Assembly (NCBI GenBank): GCA_951406725.2 | Contig: OX597819.1 | Coordinates: 41,292,001 to 41,356,000 of the forward strand | Length of the DNA stretch: 64,000 nucleotides | Reading direction: 5' to 3' | From: Octopus vulgaris | Lineage: Eukaryota | In this document: positions 24,400-39,980 of the stretch, piece by piece | How positions within the stretch are numbered: the stretch's first letter is position 1 | Layout of the letters: each line of letters begins with the position of its first letter | Made by a program: the position numbers and the translations under genes | Notes under the pieces: model-generated | Databases searched by the model: none | What the model was told of the DNA's origin: nothing | Seen by the model: only the letters and a program-made list of their open reading frames with translations

Positions 24400-26339
24400 A
24401 ATATGTAATAGTAAATTATTAGACCCATTAAAATAGTGCCTCAGCATAGCTGTAAGCTAATGACTGAAGCCAGCTAAAGACAAAATGAATAGCTGTGTGT
24501 GTGTGTGTGTGTGTGCACGCTTATATATAATGATTTATATTTCTACACGTTTAATATTTGTGTAAAGTAAGATGGTGTGTTGGCAGAATTGTTAGCACAC
24601 TGGGAAAATATGCTTAGTGCCATTTCACTTGTCCTTACATTCAGAGTTCAAATTCTGTCACAGTCAACCTTGCCTTTCATCCTTTTGGATTCAATAAAAT
24701 AGTTATCAGTCAAGTGCAAGGGTTGACATAATCCAAGTACTCCAGCCCATGAAATTTCTGGCCTAGTGCTAAAATTTGAAACCAATATTCATATAAAATG
24801 TATATGGACCTGTGTTATTCAGTAATGTGGATTCAGCTGTTTGATCTACTGGATTAGCATCTAAGTGGCTGAGTATTTCATGGACACATATACATTAATA
24901 TAATCAGTGTTTCATATTGAATTACAGATACAATCCATCCGACAGGCTTTTGCACAGTTCCATCTGTCCAATTTTATGCACAAAACTCAAGTCAACCCAA
25001 GACAATGGTGAGACATTTATCAAAGATATAATACACTGGGATTGAACCCAAAACTTCATGATTGCAAACTGAGCTCCTTAACCATTCAACCATTCATATA
25101 CTGATTTATTTATCCACACAATGAAGAAAAAAATTTAAACAATTGGGGTACAAACACTGACAATTAACTTTTTAATTAACTGATACTTAATATGTAATCT
25201 AACCTAATATTGTATTCAACACTAATCAGTGTTTTGTCATATCCACAGTACATATTGTTTAGCCTAAGATCAGATCTGACTGAATAGTATTCTGATCAAA
25301 GGCATTCCAACCATGACAATCCTGTTTTTTAAGGGTGTGTAAAATAACATTATCTAGCTCAGTGGTTCTCAGACTGGTAAATATCAGCTTTCACTATCTC
25401 AAAAAATAATATCTGCAAAGATTTTTGACTCTCCCCACCTCCACCTCTTTATTAATGAGAAGTCGAAATAGAGTTTGCATCTATACTATTCTTCTTTCTT
25501 CACTAATGTTGTTCCATTTTAAAAAAGCTTAAAGCTACCTTAATTTTATTAAATATGGCAACCTGAATCTCCTTTTCATTCCCCACAGAGCTCCTATGTG
25601 AAACACTGATCAAATACATACATCCTCTCCTTTTCCAAAACAGTAAGATAGGATCTGAAGTAAGTTTGGCTCCTATTTCTAGCTGGTCGAGTAACTAACA
25701 TAGAAGCTCAGAGTAGACGAAAGCTAAAACCTATTTCGCTTACGTAAAATAATAAAGGTGAAGGCTTGATATCAAACTGAACGAAATAGTTTTGACATTT
25801 AATTTTGACATAGACGAAGGAAAAACAAACAAAAAAAAAAGCACTTTCAACATAACTGAATGATTAACAGAGAAATTAATGTTTCCAAATTTTCTTTTCT
25901 TGGAAGAAAAAAATCGCTAACAATATCTATATTCTCTGTGTGTTTTACTTAATGTGACAGAACTATACTGTTTACAAACAACTATCAGTCCTAAAATATG
26001 GTAAACTATCAAGAAGACTGCAGCAGTATTTTAAGGGAATTCTATGATTTGTAAAAGACAAAACAAATTTGTCCATTACAGACAGGCTTATCTATGATAT
26101 AAACTATAGAACAATTCAGAAGAGGAACTGTCAGAAATCATTTAAAGAAAATAGATTATAACATTATGGTGTTAGAAAGGGCATCCAGTCATAGAAACGG
26201 TGCCAAAGAAGACACTGGAGCACAATGAAGTCTTTAGATCCATCAGGTCCTATTAAACCATCCCAATCCATGCCAACATCGAACATAGATGTTAAATCAT
26301 AATGATGTGGTCCATTTGGATCCATTTGGATCACTAGGC

Positions 26340-26600
26340 TCTTTACCCACAATCAGCCTCCATTTGTCAGTCTCACATATCCACAACAGCTCAAATCTTC
26401 TCTCTTCCGAGATATATCCAATTTCTCTTATACTCAGTTTTTCCTCTCAGTTCATTTTACTCAGATTAATATAATATTACGCATCCCGTAGAGCATACTT
26501 GATTCACTTCTTTCCAGCTTTCATGCATCTTGTGCATTCAATATTTGCATTATGCTACAATGCAACATTGCACTTCATACACAAACATCATACACTGAGC
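26340..26600 (-). pseudogene. Old RTE ORF2 fragment
   Basis: YDVCV*SAMLH...KLERSESSML resembles the 20334-20785 ORF. Confidence 0.5.
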
Positions 26601-28159
26601 TGCTAATCCAGTTACCTCACTAGGAACAGGACATCTGTGCTCCTGGTACAAACTTGAGTAGCATTTCATCAAAGTAAACTCTCTTCCCAATCACGTGCTG
26701 TAACTGCAGTTATTTTCATAATTTGGTTCATGTTTGATACCTCTGTTTCTTTTTAAAGCATTTTAAAGACTTATGTATTGCTAAAGGATTCTCCAAATTT
26801 CCATGCTTCCTTTCTCCAAATTTTCTCAGAGTCTGGCTTAACTCTTATAAGATCAGAGGTCACTAGGCTATATTGGGTTCAATATTCTTCACTAAGACAG
26901 GAGTTAGTATTCACATATGCATAAATAATAACAGTATACCTCCTCTACTTCTAAAAATTTGAGGGAAAAAATTCTGAAAGTGCGGCAAACAGGAATAAGA
27001 AGTAACTGATCACTTCAAAAATGTTTTGTTTTTTTGTTTAAAAACTATAAAAATTGAGTCTGGATAAGTTAAGTTCAAAAACAAGATCATATCAAACTGA
27101 TTATTTGGATTTCCCTGCCTTTTCATTTATGTTCATGAATAGTGAGTGAATTTATTCTGCGCACATCATGATCTTGACATGTTTTATTTATTTATTTTTA
27201 ACACAGTTCAGTGCTAGAATTCACTAAATATAGAAAAATCTGAAATAATAAGTTGCTGACAGTGAACACATTCAGATGAGCGAAGCATTAATTAATAGTT
27301 ACAGCTTTCACAAATCCCCAGAAAGGAAGGAAAAAAAAAAATTAGACACATGATAAAAAGAAGTGCAGGTAGAGAATTTAGCAATCTATTGTAAAAATGG
27401 TGGCAATTAATATTAAGGAAATTGTTTACCAAGAAAGCTGACACATTACATAGGCTTTATGTAATGTAAGACAGAACACTGAACATACATAGGTCAGTCA
27501 CATCAGCACCTTAAAGTCTTAAGTATCTATTAGGTAATTACTAAACTGAATAGCTTATAATAAATGTTTATTGTCACATGAGTAAATAAAGAAAAGATGA
27601 AAAAAACTTGGGAAGTTCTGTTTAATATGAAACAAAACATCTAGAAGTTGTTTTTTTTATATATTTTTATTTATTTATTTTTTAATATATATAATAAATT
27701 ATTTCAGGCATGCACAACATACATGTCTGAAAAAATATATATATATTTTTTTTTAGTTAATAAAGTTGTTGCCACCACTACTCTCACTATCATTGTTTTA
27801 TGCCTGTTTTACCACACTGACATATGTTGGACAGGCCATTGCAACTGTTTGCATCTGAGTTATCTTTCACACTCAGCAACAATGGAAACTGACTGACTTT
27901 GCTTTAATGTATGTTTTGTAGTGTTAACTAGATGTGTTTTATGCAACTGACAGAAGAAAGGCTGCCCCATACAGGAGAACTAAACAGAACTCTGCATCAG
28001 TCCTTATTCAGAGTTATTTCTTCCCTCCAAGACAAGTAGCCAGCAATGCAGCTTGTGGAGTCAATGTCTTACACATTATGATTTTCTAATGGTAAGGTTT
28101 CCACAGTTAGATAACTTTCCATGACCAACCCCTCTAGAGAGTTTCATGGATTCATTTAA

Positions 28160-28365
28160 CCCTTTATCATTTAAACCGGTCATATCCGGCCAAAAGTATT
28201 CTGCCTGTTTTATGTTCAAACTGGCCAGATCAGGTCTCTCACACCAACCCTACAATATCATTTTAAAAGTTAACAGTTACCTCATCAAAGATAATGCATG
28301 AATAGTTCAAAACAAAGTGGATGAAAAAGGATTAATTTTGGTAAAATAATGCACACACTAAAGGG
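28160..28365. mobile_element. piggyBac-like MITE, family 1 copy
   Basis: TTAA-CCCTTTA...TAAAGGG-TTAA. Confidence 0.75.
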
Positions 28366-28681
28366 TTAATTGTACTAAAAGAGATTATCCCTTCCAAGTG
28401 AACTGAAGAGTATCTCTTTACCTATTATTAATTCTCATTTGAAATTACTATCCACCTAAACAAGTTGCTTGCATTGAGTCTCATGGAGTCTGTGTCTCCT
28501 CTACTAACACTATTTTACAGCTGAATGTACTTATTCAGAAGCACTGTCACTCTAAACGGCTTACACACACATAGTATGGTGTCCTAAAGCACAGCAGGAT
28601 AACAGTTGACTCCATTATATATGTAAAGAAAGGAACCTACATTGCAATTGGGTATGAAGCTATTTTCATGACATAGGCCAA

Positions 28682-29092
28682 TCGAAATCGATCAACATCA
28701 ATGGAAATTGCAGCTGTGATACCAGTGCCGGTGGTACGTAAGAGAGCCATCCAAACGTGGCCATTGCTAGTGCCGCCCCGACTGGCCTCGTGCTGGTGGC
28801 ACGTAAAAAATACCATCCGATCATGGCCATTTGCCAGCCTTGCCTGGCCCCCGTACCAGTGACACGTAAAAAGCACCATCTGATCGTGGCCGTTTGCCAG
28901 CCTCGTCTGGCACGTAAAAAGCACCCACTACACTCACGGAGTGGTTGGCGTTAGGAAGGGCATCCAGCTGTAGAAACATTGCCAGATCAGACTGGGCCTG
29001 GTGCAGCCTTCTGGCTTCCCAGACCCCAGTCGAACCGTCCACCCCATGCTAGCATGGAAAGTGGATGCTAAACAAAGATGATGATGATGATG
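28682..29092 (+). mobile_element. RTE LINE 3' UTR fragment with TSD
   Basis: Reverse complement of the 5138 and 19741 copies. 7-bp TSD AGGCCAA at 28675-28681 and 29093-29099. Confidence 0.85.
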
Positions 29093-29859
29093 AGGCCAAG
29101 AGAAATTAGTTATCAAGTGAGTTTATCACCCTTTGCTGAAGACAGCCAGGCATATTTTCACACTGTTAGGTTCTACAGCCTAATATAGTACCTCATTCTC
29201 GCCTATGGATTAAAAAAAAAAAGCAAGAAAGTTATGAGGTATTAAATATATTAACCAAATAAAAATGGGTTACCAGTGTTAGTTGGAGGCTGTCTGTATG
29301 ATGTAGGTTATGGGTGAAGTACAAAGTTAATTTATGGAGGAGATATCTCCATGATTGCAGGTAGAGAGGGTGCTATTAAAAGATACTGCTTCAACAAATT
29401 AGAATTAGTCTACACATGCATGTGTGTGTGTGTGTCTGTGTGTATGCGCACATGTGTGTGTGTGTGTGTGTATGTATGTACATATGTGTATGTGTATGTA
29501 TGTACATATGTGTATGTATGTATGTCGAAGATCAGGAAAATATTTTCGGTATAAATGACAGTATTAAAAGTGAAATCGTATACATAGATTACATGTAAGA
29601 AAATTAACATGGTTCTTCCAAACTGAGCCCCATTTCTATCTGAAACTACCTACTGCTGTCTTTTTTCTACTTCTAAGTAACACACTCCTGTCTCTTTTAA
29701 ATGCCGCCATTAATTTCATGAATCATTTTAATGTGAAACTTCTTTCCGTCATCATTCCCTATATTCCCACTACCCTTATTCATATTTCACTATTCCTATT
29801 TCAGACTATCCTCACAGATAAGTATGTTTCTCTGCCTTAAACAAAATCTATGTCTTTTT

Positions 29860-30085
29860 ATCTTTTCCTTGTTTCAGTTATTAGACTGCAGCCATGCTGG
29901 AGCACCACCTTGAAAAAGTTTTTAGTCAAATGAATCAAACCTAGTCCTTTTTTTTTTTTTTTTTTTTACCTTTTTAAAGCCCGGAACTTATTCTATTAGT
30001 CTCTTTGCCGAAGCTACAGGAACATAAACACACCAACACTGTCAAGCAGTCAAGCAGTGGCAGCAGACAAACACTTACACGCAAA

Positions 30086-30123
<38 letters not shown>

Positions 30124-30283
30124 AGGCTTCTTTCAGTTTCTGCCTACCAAATCCACTCACAAGGCTTTGATCAGCCCAAGGCTATAGTAGAAAACACTTG
30201 CCTAAGATGCCACGCAGTGGGACTGAACCCAAAACCATGTGATAGGAAAGCAAGCTTTTTACCACACAGCCATGTCTGCACCT
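29860..30283 (-). mobile_element. SINE family A (older copy)
   Basis: Head, core and tail are all recognisable. Confidence 0.75.
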
Positions 30284-30925
30284 ATGCTAAAAGAAAGAAG
30301 ACAACTGAAAAAGTAATATAGGAACAAGTATGGCTGTGTGGTAAAGGAATTCACTTCACAATGATGTGGCTTCAGGTTCAATACCACTATGTGGAACTTG
30401 GGATAAATAAATGTCATCCACCATAGTTTCTTGACAACAAAAATCAAATGAGAGAAACCTTGGTGGACAAAAACCACGTGAATCCTCAAAGAGACAATTC
30501 CTATTCTTCACTGGCAAACTTATTCCATCTGGCCCCTGGATACCTTCATCAGAGTCAACTACTGCAAACATTCAGTATAGGTTTCTTGCATAAGGATAAA
30601 TCCCTCCCTTATTACAACTGATCTCAGAGACCTTGAAAAGACTCATGTACAGTCTTTTCCTTCTGTGACAAAGCCATCATATAATATGTGTGTGTGTGTG
30701 TGTATGATCTAAGAGTCCATAAGTCAGGAAAAAAATTCACTCATATATTTTCCAATAGAGTAGGTATATTAATCGAAGTGTACAATATTATACATCCTTT
30801 ATGGTCGATCTTATCAATCATCTTTTTGCTAGGGATTCAACAGAGTGTTAGGCAGCAATCCGATTATGTAACCCTGCGCTCATCAGAGGTAGATGTTATG
30901 GAATGAAATATGGTAACTGCTCTCT

Positions 30926-30965
<40 letters not shown>

Positions 30966-31974
30966 CGTATATATATATATATATACTGGAGTAAACACAT
31001 AAATGTGAAACAAGGTGGAAAAAAGAGTACTCAAATACCAGTGGTAGAGTAATATGCTTGCATGGACCAGACAGAGTTTATTGAGGCAGAGATTTTCAAC
31101 AGGCAGATGCCCTTCCTGTTGTCAACCCTCACCTGTTTCTATGCAAGGTAATATTTCCCCATGGCCAGACATCACACTGATATGACAGTGACTATCATTT
31201 CATGACTATCATGTGATGTCAAGACAAGATACACAAACATAGCCTCACTCACACCCACACAGAGCAAAGTTTCTGTCTACCAAATATATTCACAAAGCTT
31301 TAGTTGGCCAGGAGCTTATAGTAGAAGATACTTGCCCAAGGTGCCAAGCTTAGCTGTCACATGCAAGCAAGTATGACACTGTAGCTTGTACCAAGTTGTT
31401 TTAGGTGTCTATGTTGTTACAAGCAGATACAGATATCCACTTAGCTCTCCTACTTTTGATCTAGTAAAACATCATGTGACAACTGGAAGAAGAGAGAGCA
31501 GCACCAGCACTTGGCTGGAATACATTTTCAGCTGAGTAGACTGGTGAAATTTAGGACAACACTTATTGTGTCCTTCATTTTTTTTAAGACAGTCAGGTAT
31601 GATCTTGGTTGCTATTTCTCATAGGCCTAGCAACTATGTAGAGGCTTCATAGTTTAACTCCTGGGCTACCCTGGGCTATCCAAGCAGACTTATGACCAAA
31701 TGTTTTCAAACTATGACCATCTCATCTTTTTAGAGGAATGTTAGATTAGATTAGCTTATGTACCTTGCATTTATGTAAGAGAATGTAATTTGAGAGAGGT
31801 TTGACTGTTATTTTTAGTAAACAAAATATGTTTGTACAGGCTCCACATCAGTGAGTGAAACACTTTGGTTTCAAAATTCTGTTAAAATAAATAATAGCGA
31901 CGATAAGTGTTTAAAAACTGTCGTTGCCTGTATTGGTCTGTTTGATAGCCAACATTATTTGTGGCCAAGGGGTA

Positions 31975-32037
<63 letters not shown>

Positions 32038-34624
32038 TGGTTGCCTGCTACAAATTCAATTTAGTGTTTGCATATGTAATCCAGTCATACTTATAATCAG
32101 ATAATTTATATAAGCGATAAACCCTTGGATTCTAGGAGACTAGTGTTGGTGTGAATCATGTTGGCATACTAATGTATCATACTTTAGATATTTTACAAAC
32201 CAACAAGAATTAAAAGGCGTGCAAGTATCTGGTAGAAATTGTACCTAAAATCAGTTAACCATTGAATAGCCTCTCAGTTAATATACTGACAAAACTAACA
32301 CTGCATCTTTAAGTTTACTCTCTTCCCTTATTACTAAATCTAGTGTGTTGGACAAACATTATGAAGTAGTGTTGTTTTAGTATGCTATCCTAAACTTGAA
32401 ATATATATTATCCCAGTCCTTAAGAGGAAGTGCATGGACTCATGATCGAAAGATTGTGCTTTTGATACCTGGATCAGACAAAGAATTGTGTCCTTGAGCA
32501 AAACACTTAATTTCACATTGCTCCAGTTCACTCAGCTGGTGAAAATGAGTAATCCCGTAATGGGTCCCATTTAGGGAGGAATATATATACCAGAGAAACT
32601 CAGAAACTGGCCCTATGCCCATTAAGGAGTAATGTGCACTAACCATAACAGTCCTTAAGATGGTATTGGTTTGAACAAAGATTTGGTTTAACTAATACAG
32701 AAATCATTATCTTCTATCTTTAACTTCAAATATGATGCTGTTTGTTGCTTCTGTACTGTGGTACTACTGAACCGGAGAGAGAACCATGACTGCTTAAAAA
32801 GCCACTGCAAACAGATAAACAAAACATGAACGTAAATGGTGTTGAGACAGTTAATTCACTTGGGCTAATATATCATTTAGAACATAATCAAAATATCAAA
32901 AGACAAACATCATCATTATTATCATTGCTTTAATATCCATATTTCCATGTTTGTAAGGGTTAGACAAAGTTTCTTGGGTCAGACTTTCTACAGCTGGATG
33001 CTTTTCCAGGCACCAACCCTCATCTGCAAGGTAATATTTCCCCTAGCCTTTTGAACACTAACAGCTCAATACCCAGACATTTTCATGAAAGACTGCAGAA
33101 CATTTATGTATGAATGTCGACTTTTCTTACAATAAGAGCACAAAAATATCAAAACAAGGACACACACACCCACACATACAGTTGGCTCAAGACTATAGCA
33201 AAAGACGTTTTTCCAAGGTACCATGCATAAGGACTGAACCTCAAACCGCACTGTTGCGAAGCAAACAACATAATCACACATCCAAACTCATAATTACTTT
33301 GATGCCTGTTATTTTATTTTACTTTGTGCTTCTTGATGTTGCTTTCACAAGCAATGGAAAACATCACAGCACAATCTCTTCACTGTTTATTCTGTCTGTT
33401 CAAGCCAATTTATAAAAGCACTAATATAAGATCATATTTTTACTACTTCCTCTAGCATTTTTCACAACTTATCTCAATATCCCATAGTCAAATTGTAAAG
33501 CAGCTGCTCAACTAATTTTCTATTCCCTACCTCCAGCCCCCTCCCCTGATCCATTCTCCCCATGTAGTCATAGGCATTCAGTCTTCCATGCAGTCCTTCA
33601 GATAACACTTGATATCTTAACTTCCAGGCCCCTTACACTTATTGAAATTTAGTTTATTCCTTGAATGTTCATGGTACACCAAGCATATCATTCGTGCTCT
33701 ATTCTTTTTCAATTGCTAAAATAGACAATTCAAACATCAAAACTCTCACCACCTATGATCTGCATTGATGTTTTACAAAAACAAAACAACTAAACAAACC
33801 CCGTTCTAAATTCATGTCTGAACCAGTTAATAAGAACCCTTATATGAAACACAGTCGCTTGTACATACAGTATTAAAATTTTCAAGTAAGAAATTGCTGT
33901 TTCAACTCTGTCAAGTAGAAAAGGAAGAACTTAAACGACTAATGAGAAAGCCTGAAAGTAGAAGCAACACATGTAACAGCTCAGGTTTCACAAGTTCATC
34001 AAGAGTTTATTTCTAGTCTCTGCTAACGATCATTTTGGAACAAAGTTAGCTGATAGTCATTTAATATTTTGCCTTTTACTTAATAAAATTAATTTTACAT
34101 CTTATCAATTTATATTAAATTTTTTTTTTTTTTATCACTAATTCTTTTCAAAGGGAAAAATTATAACATAGATTAAGTTTCAACAAACTCAGTGTGATTA
34201 TATATGCACAGACACAAGCATGACTATTTAGTTCAGCTGTTCACTTTCCAGCCATGTGCTTTCAGATTCAGTCTAAACTAAAATCTTGGATCCATCAAGG
34301 AAGCTTCTTTGTAGTCATTTGACTTGCTAGAAATATCAGCTAAATCCTCTTTAAATCACATGACCTTATACGTTATAAAAAGGCGAAAAAGACTTTGGAT
34401 AATGTAGTACTAGATAAGGAGGGACTTCTCTTGGTTAATCCTGATCATATATGTGCATATTCAGGCCTATCTTGTTATTATAGACATAGATCAACAAATG
34501 CCATGTGAGTGACAAGACAGAAACAGCGGGAAGCCCATCATGCATGTGTGTGTACGTGTGTGTGTGTGCACGAGCGTGCACGCACATGTTCATATCTGTC
34601 TATATCAATATTTGTATATGAAAA

Positions 34625-35050
34625 AATGAAAATGAAAATCGAAATCGATCAACATCAATGAAAATTGTAGCTGTGATACCAGTGCCGGTGGCATGTAAGA
34701 GAACCATCCGAACGTGACAGTTGCCATTGCCGCACCGACTGGCCTCCGTGCTGGTGGCACGTAAAATGCACCATCCGATTGTGGCCATTGCCAGCCTCGT
34801 CTGGCCCCCGTGCCGGTGACATGTAAAAAGCACCATCCAATCGTGGCCGTTTGCCAGACGAGGCTGGCACCTGTGCAGGTGGCACATAAAAAGCACCCAC
34901 TACACTCACGGAGTGGTTGGCGTTAGGAAAGGCATCCAGCTGTAGAAACATTGCCAGATTAGACTGGGCCTGGTGCAGCCTTCTGACTTCCCAGTTGAAC
35001 CGTCCAACCCATGCTAGCATGGAAAACAAACGTTAAACGATGATAATGAT
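34625..35050 (+). mobile_element. RTE LINE 3' UTR fragment
   Basis: Colinear with 28682-29092. Confidence 0.85.
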
Positions 35051-35717
35051 GGCTTGAAAAAAAAAAGCAAAAACAATGTCTGTGTTTATATTCCATAACT
35101 TAGAAATGACTTAAGTATTAAAAAAAAAAACACTAAATAAGAACTGAACTTTAAAAAGAAATTCACACTGGAATCAAGCTGAACGACTAAAACTCTTGAA
35201 GGCAATGCCCTAGCATGGCTGCAGTCTAATGACTAAATAATAATTACAAGTTTAATTGGTTCAGCAATAATTTACTTTTAATGACCTTACTAATTTTCCC
35301 AAATTTCTGTTACAATGTTTTTATTTCTATTCGTTATAAGTGCTGGCATTACTACAATGAACAGTGCCAGCCTTCTTATTCTGCTCTTAGAAGTATTTGT
35401 GTTTAAGAAAAGGTCAGCAACAGTCAGTAAAAGAGATACTTTAAAGAAATGTTACAAAATGATATAAAACCTAATTCACTATCTACTGAATTGAAAGAAA
35501 CATTCTGAAGACTAAACCAACTCAAAAGTTGTCCATGTGTTCCTGTTTTATCAAACAACTTGAATACAATTCTGTTTCTATATATACTGGGTTATGTTTT
35601 ACTAGTAACTGCTACTCTAAATGACAAAATCATTGTAACTTAAATTCTCAACTAAATTATCTAACACACACACACATATGACGGAACGCACGCATCCATT
35701 TCTAAGTAAGATTGTTC

Positions 35718-35766
<49 letters not shown>

Positions 35767-36817
35767 ACACATACGATACTAGGTTACTAACAGTTTTCAA
35801 CTAATTAGTGAATTTTATTTGCTTTTATTTGAGGACTTCAAAAGAACAATTTTGTTTCACATATAAGATGAAGGAGGTGAAATCTGAATTTGTAATGTAG
35901 TTTTTCTATGTATTTATGTGAGTTGTGTTTAAGTGGCTGCTCAATTACAGTTTTTGACCAATAGTGATATAGGTCCCACCCACCTCAAATAATGACTTCC
36001 TCTCACTTCATTCTCTTGTGCTAATACAAAACTTTTAGTGTATTTGTGTGTGTGTGTGGAAGAAATATTATGTGCGTCACTGTGTACAGGGAAAGAGTTT
36101 GGAACTCTCTCTCTCTCTCTCTCTCTCTGCACCATAAATGCAAAAACTAGAAAGTCATGACTAAATCTGAAACAAAATTTTCACAAAAAAAATCATTTTG
36201 TTTTCTTTTAAACAAGCACACACCTATATTTCTGTATTTCTACTCTATGCTATCCATAATGTATGACTCTGAAAATTTGGAAATTTACATATAAATTGCA
36301 AGAACTTTTTTATGCATGCTTATAGAAATTCATGACCTTAAATAATGAAGCAGTCAACCATGAAGTCAGAATCATTAATGTGAGAAGGACACCCATCAAG
36401 ATACACTGAGTCATGTAGTGTAGTGGTGTTCTTTGTGGTCATTCTTTTATTATTATTACTATGATTATTATTATTGTTATTATTATTATTTGGAGTCACT
36501 GTAAAATAACCTGAACAGTCGTAGGTTGTAACTCCAAATAAAGAATAATGTCACAGTTATTTGTCCACATGATCTTCACACCAAAGAGGTTCATATCATG
36601 AATGATAAAACTGCGTTACAAGTTATGGTACTACCGCACAACAGTTAAATGTGTGCTTGATAGAGTAAAGCAGAATCGGAATTCATGTGGTTTGGTGGCG
36701 TTCATTCCCATTACATGGCACTGTGAACAGGTGTCGCCTATACTCGCCTTGGGTTGTTCAATTTTCTGAGTGGATTTTGTAAATAGAAACTGCAAGAAGC
36801 TTGCTTAGTGTGTGTGT

Positions 36818-36868
<51 letters not shown>

Positions 36869-37057
36869 TGCATGTAGAATATTTAATCTGTGATTATTAG
36901 TTTGGAAAAGTATATTTTGGCAAACTAATGAATATTTTACTCATTATCAGACTTGTCTTTCAGTACTTTATTTTAAGTGGCCAGATACATAGCTTCTTTT
37001 AAATTTGCCACACCCTGGAATATTGACATATGTATGCATGCGTGCATGTGTATATAT

Positions 37058-37229
37058 AGGCGCAGAAGTGGCTGTGTGGTAAGTGGCTTGTTTACCAACC
37101 ACATGGTTCCGGGTTCAGTCCCACTGCGTGGCATCTTGGGCAAGTGTCTTCTGCTATAGCCCCGGGCCGACCAATGCCTTGTGAGTAGTTTTGGTAGACG
37201 GAAACTAAAAGAAGCCTGTCGTATATATG

Positions 37230-37289
<60 letters not shown>

Positions 37290-37494
37290 TGTGTCTGTGT
37301 TTGTCCCCCTAGTATTGCTTGACAACCAATGCTGGTGTGTTTACGTCCCCGTCACTTAGCGGTTCAGCAAAAGAGACCGATAGAATAAGTACTGGGCTTA
37401 CAAAGAATAAGTCCCGGGTTCGATTTGCTCGATTAAAGGCGGTGCTCCAGCATGGCCGCAGTCAAATGACTGAAACAAGTAAAAGAGTAAAAGA
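37058..37494 (+). mobile_element. SINE family A
   Basis: Full-length match. Confidence 0.85.
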
Positions 37495-37552
37495 TATACA
37501 TATATATATATATATATATATTTACACACACACACACACACACACTAATGAA

Positions 37553-37594
<42 letters not shown>

Positions 37595-38224
37595 CATCAT
37601 CATCATTACTTTAATCATCACTTTCCATGCTTGCATGAGTTAGATGGAGTTTATTGAGACAGATGTTCTATGGCTGGATGCCCTTCCTGTTGCCAACCCT
37701 TACCTATTTCCAAGCAAGGTAATATTTCCCAATGGCTAATCATGTTTTCACAGAATATTGAAAATGGATGACACTGCTTGTATGACAGTGACACTCATTT
37801 ACAACTACCATGTAATGTCACGACAAGGAGACACAAATGTACACTTGCACTCACACACATATGTATATTTAAATATACAACAGGATTCTTTCAGTTTTCG
37901 TCTCTTAAATCCGCTCACAAGGCTTTGGTTAACCCAGAAAGACACCTGCCCGAGGTGTCCCACAGTAGGATTGAACCAAAAACTATGTGGTTGGGAAGCA
38001 AACTTCATAACCACATAGCCATGCCCATGCGTATCATAAATACTTTGACAAAAGTAAATCCACCAACCAATGTCCCTCTAATTCTTTCTTCAGTGGGCAT
38101 ACATAGAAATTTGCTACTACTGTGCAAATGTTGTCTTTGTGTGCACAACCATGTGAATAACCATCACTCAAATTTCTTCAATTACAAAAAAAAATCTAAT
38201 TTCATCTTGAAAACATTTTTATTC

Positions 38225-38610
38225 TTTTACTCTTTTACTTCTTTCTGTCATTTGACGGTGGCTATGCTGGGATATCACCTTGAAGGTTTTTCAGTCGAAC
38301 AAATTGACTCCAGGACTTTTTTTTTAAAGCTAGTACTTATTCTATCAGTCTCCATTGCTGAACCACTAAGTTACAGGGATGTAAACACACCAACACCAAT
38401 TGTCAAGTGGTGGTGGGGGACAAACACAGAAACAAAGACACACACATACATACATATACACACAATGGGATTCTTTCAGTTTCTGTTTATCAAATCCACT
38501 CACAAGGCTTTGGTTGGCCCGACGCTATATATAGAAGATACTTGCTCAAGGTGCCACGCAGTAGACTGAACCCAAATCCATGTGGTTGGGAAGTAAGCTT
38601 CTTATAAATC
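38225..38610 (-). mobile_element. SINE family A (older copy)
   Basis: Diverged match; accounts for part of the 263-aa ORF at 37778-38569. Confidence 0.7.
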
Positions 38611-39299
38611 ATGTGCACACACATGCACAAAGCCTAGAGGAAACACTGCCTCTAACCCATGTCAGCATGAAAACTTACATTTTAAAATATACAGAACTAG
38701 TGATCATTCAAATCTATTTCAATTGTGGCCATTTCCATAATTCTATTATAACATTTTATACATTTTATTAAAAAAAAAAAGAAGAGTTTTAGAGGAATCT
38801 TAGATATTTATTGAAACGGTTAAGTCAGACCCAGCTTAACTCATGTTTCTATTATATTCAGTGACAGAGTTTTACCTTAAAATCAGTAAAAGTTGTTGAA
38901 GGAGAGTAACACAATGCTAAGTTTAGGAAGAAAAGTACAATGGAAATAACAACAGATGGATATTATAGATAGTTTTTGTTCAAGATTAGCTGCAGATAAG
39001 CTCTGAATGAGCAGACCTACAATGATAGATATCCCAGCCTGACTATCCTGTCTTTATTTCAGGTAGTGTATCTAGGACTACATTATCTGTTTCTTTCCTT
39101 CTATTTTTTAAAATAGTAAGTATGATAAAGAAAAGATTTAGTTGCTATTTCTAGCTATGTAAAGTCTCTTTTGGAGTAAAGTTGGAGAATAGCTAGGATA
39201 TTTCAAATATGATTTGGTAAAAACAGACATTCTAACAACAATGCAATGACGCAGCAGAGATTGAAGAATTTTTCAATAAAGGATGGATAATGGCTTTCT

Positions 39300-39720
39300 T
39301 TGACTTTGAAATATTTGTGGGTGTGTGCAAAGAGAGTACTTGTCAACGGAGCCAAAATATGGACTATGAAGGAGCTTCAATAACGCCTTGGATGATATGC
39401 ATGAGGTTTCTCATGATGACTCAAAACATCTCGTGGTATGAGTAAAAGACCAAAGAGGAGATTCATAAACACAATTCTATCTCTACTATTGTTACTCACC
39501 AAAGGGTAGGCTTTGGTATCCACTGCTATCATGCTAGATACTGAGCTGTACAGGATGCAATATTTTGGAGACTTCTGCACCCTAACAGATGATGGCAAAT
39601 ACTGAAACGACATTGATGTTATTGGTAGACGCACAACATGAAGTTGGGGACCTGCCAAAACCAATGGGAGATAGAGATACCTGGTGCAACATGATGAAAC
39701 AGATCTCAATTGTAGCCACT
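39300..39720 (+). pseudogene. Decayed RTE-type LINE 3' ORF fragment
   Basis: NGAKIWTMK...QNISW...HCYHA...DLPKPMGDRDTW read across frameshifts. Confidence 0.55.
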
Positions 39721-39980
39721 TGAAGAGGAAGGGTAGCTTCCTATTTAAAGTTAAATGGTTATGTTCAAGATGCCTGTGATTCAAACAGGAATGTGGTACC
39801 AGAAATATTAAAACAATAACAAAGTCAGAACCTCAAGATTGCAAAACAAACTTCTTAATCACTGCTTAATACACAATAAAAAGCCTGTAATGGATTTTGG
39901 GATGAAATACAAGACTTATCAGCTGGTAGTCCAATTACCTTATCTATTCAGATATTTAACTGCTACCTACAAAAAGAGTG

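Noticed and set aside
30540-30890. Other CTGATGA hits (about 30546 and 30880 on the minus strand; also 17787, 45427, 45657)
   Set aside because: No stem II followed by GAAA and NUH, so they are not hammerheads.
37778-38569. Longest ORF in the window (263 aa)
   Set aside because: It runs through two decayed SINE copies and shows no domain signal.
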